Below, piece after piece: positions 63,667 to 64,000 of a stretch of DNA of 64,000 nt (the first letter of the stretch is position 1; each line of letters opens with the position of its first letter). Source of the DNA: Octopus sinensis (Eukaryota); NCBI RefSeq assembly GCF_006345805.1, contig NC_043018.1:26164001-26228000 (forward strand). The letters run 5' to 3'. The notes under the pieces are model-generated. The model saw only the letters and a list, made by a program, of their open reading frames with translations. It was not told the DNA's origin and did not search any database. The position numbers were made by a program, and so were the translations under genes.

Positions 63667-64000
63667 CCAAATATAGTATTATATATCCTTCATGGCTGGT
63701 CTTACCAATTGGTTTTGCACAACAATGGAGTGTTGGGTAACAATCCAATTATATAACTTTACACTCATCAGAGTTAGCCAATATAGAAGGGAATATGGCG
63801 ACTGCTCTCTCTTGTCAGAGGTGGATTAACACAACCAGTCAGCATCTGCCATGAAAATGGGTGGTAAAACAAAAAAGGACCAAGGGATTAGGTTAGGATT
63901 ATATATATCTTTACATACACACACACACTTAGACTTGTTATAAATTCAAAATATGGTTTGAGTTTAGAATTTTAGAAATAGCTGGTTTTAAATTAACTTT

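Overview
AT-rich, microsatellite-dense animal genomic DNA, most likely from an octopus (inferred from the SINE and RTE-LINE repertoire, not proven). The window appears to lie inside one + strand host gene, unc-13/Munc13. Only one conventional coding exon is recognisable (21966-22089, end of the C2A domain). Downstream, over about 36 kb, I find five candidate phase-1, frame-preserving microexons (9, 9, 9, 12 and 18 nt) in transposon-poor islands. Spliced in order they read ...RFELPY-GYE-DWE-EIN-ADWE-EEIQLL..., and two of them are clearly duplicates of each other. This predicted microexon chain is the most interesting feature and needs RNA-seq confirmation. The rest is intronic repeat. It includes a near-intact antisense RTE LINE (one 1-nt frameshift, PHD finger inside the RT region), a decayed second copy, Dong/R4 3' fragments in (TAA)n, Penelope-like remnants with hammerhead-like motifs, a fold-back mariner derivative, hAT, Merlin-like and Helitron non-autonomous elements, at least four SINE families, a 1.1 kb tandem duplication and many microsatellites. 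Almost all other ORFs in the track are microsatellite or antisense artefacts. No rRNA, true tRNA or CRISPR array is supported. Coordinates of decayed repeats are approximate.
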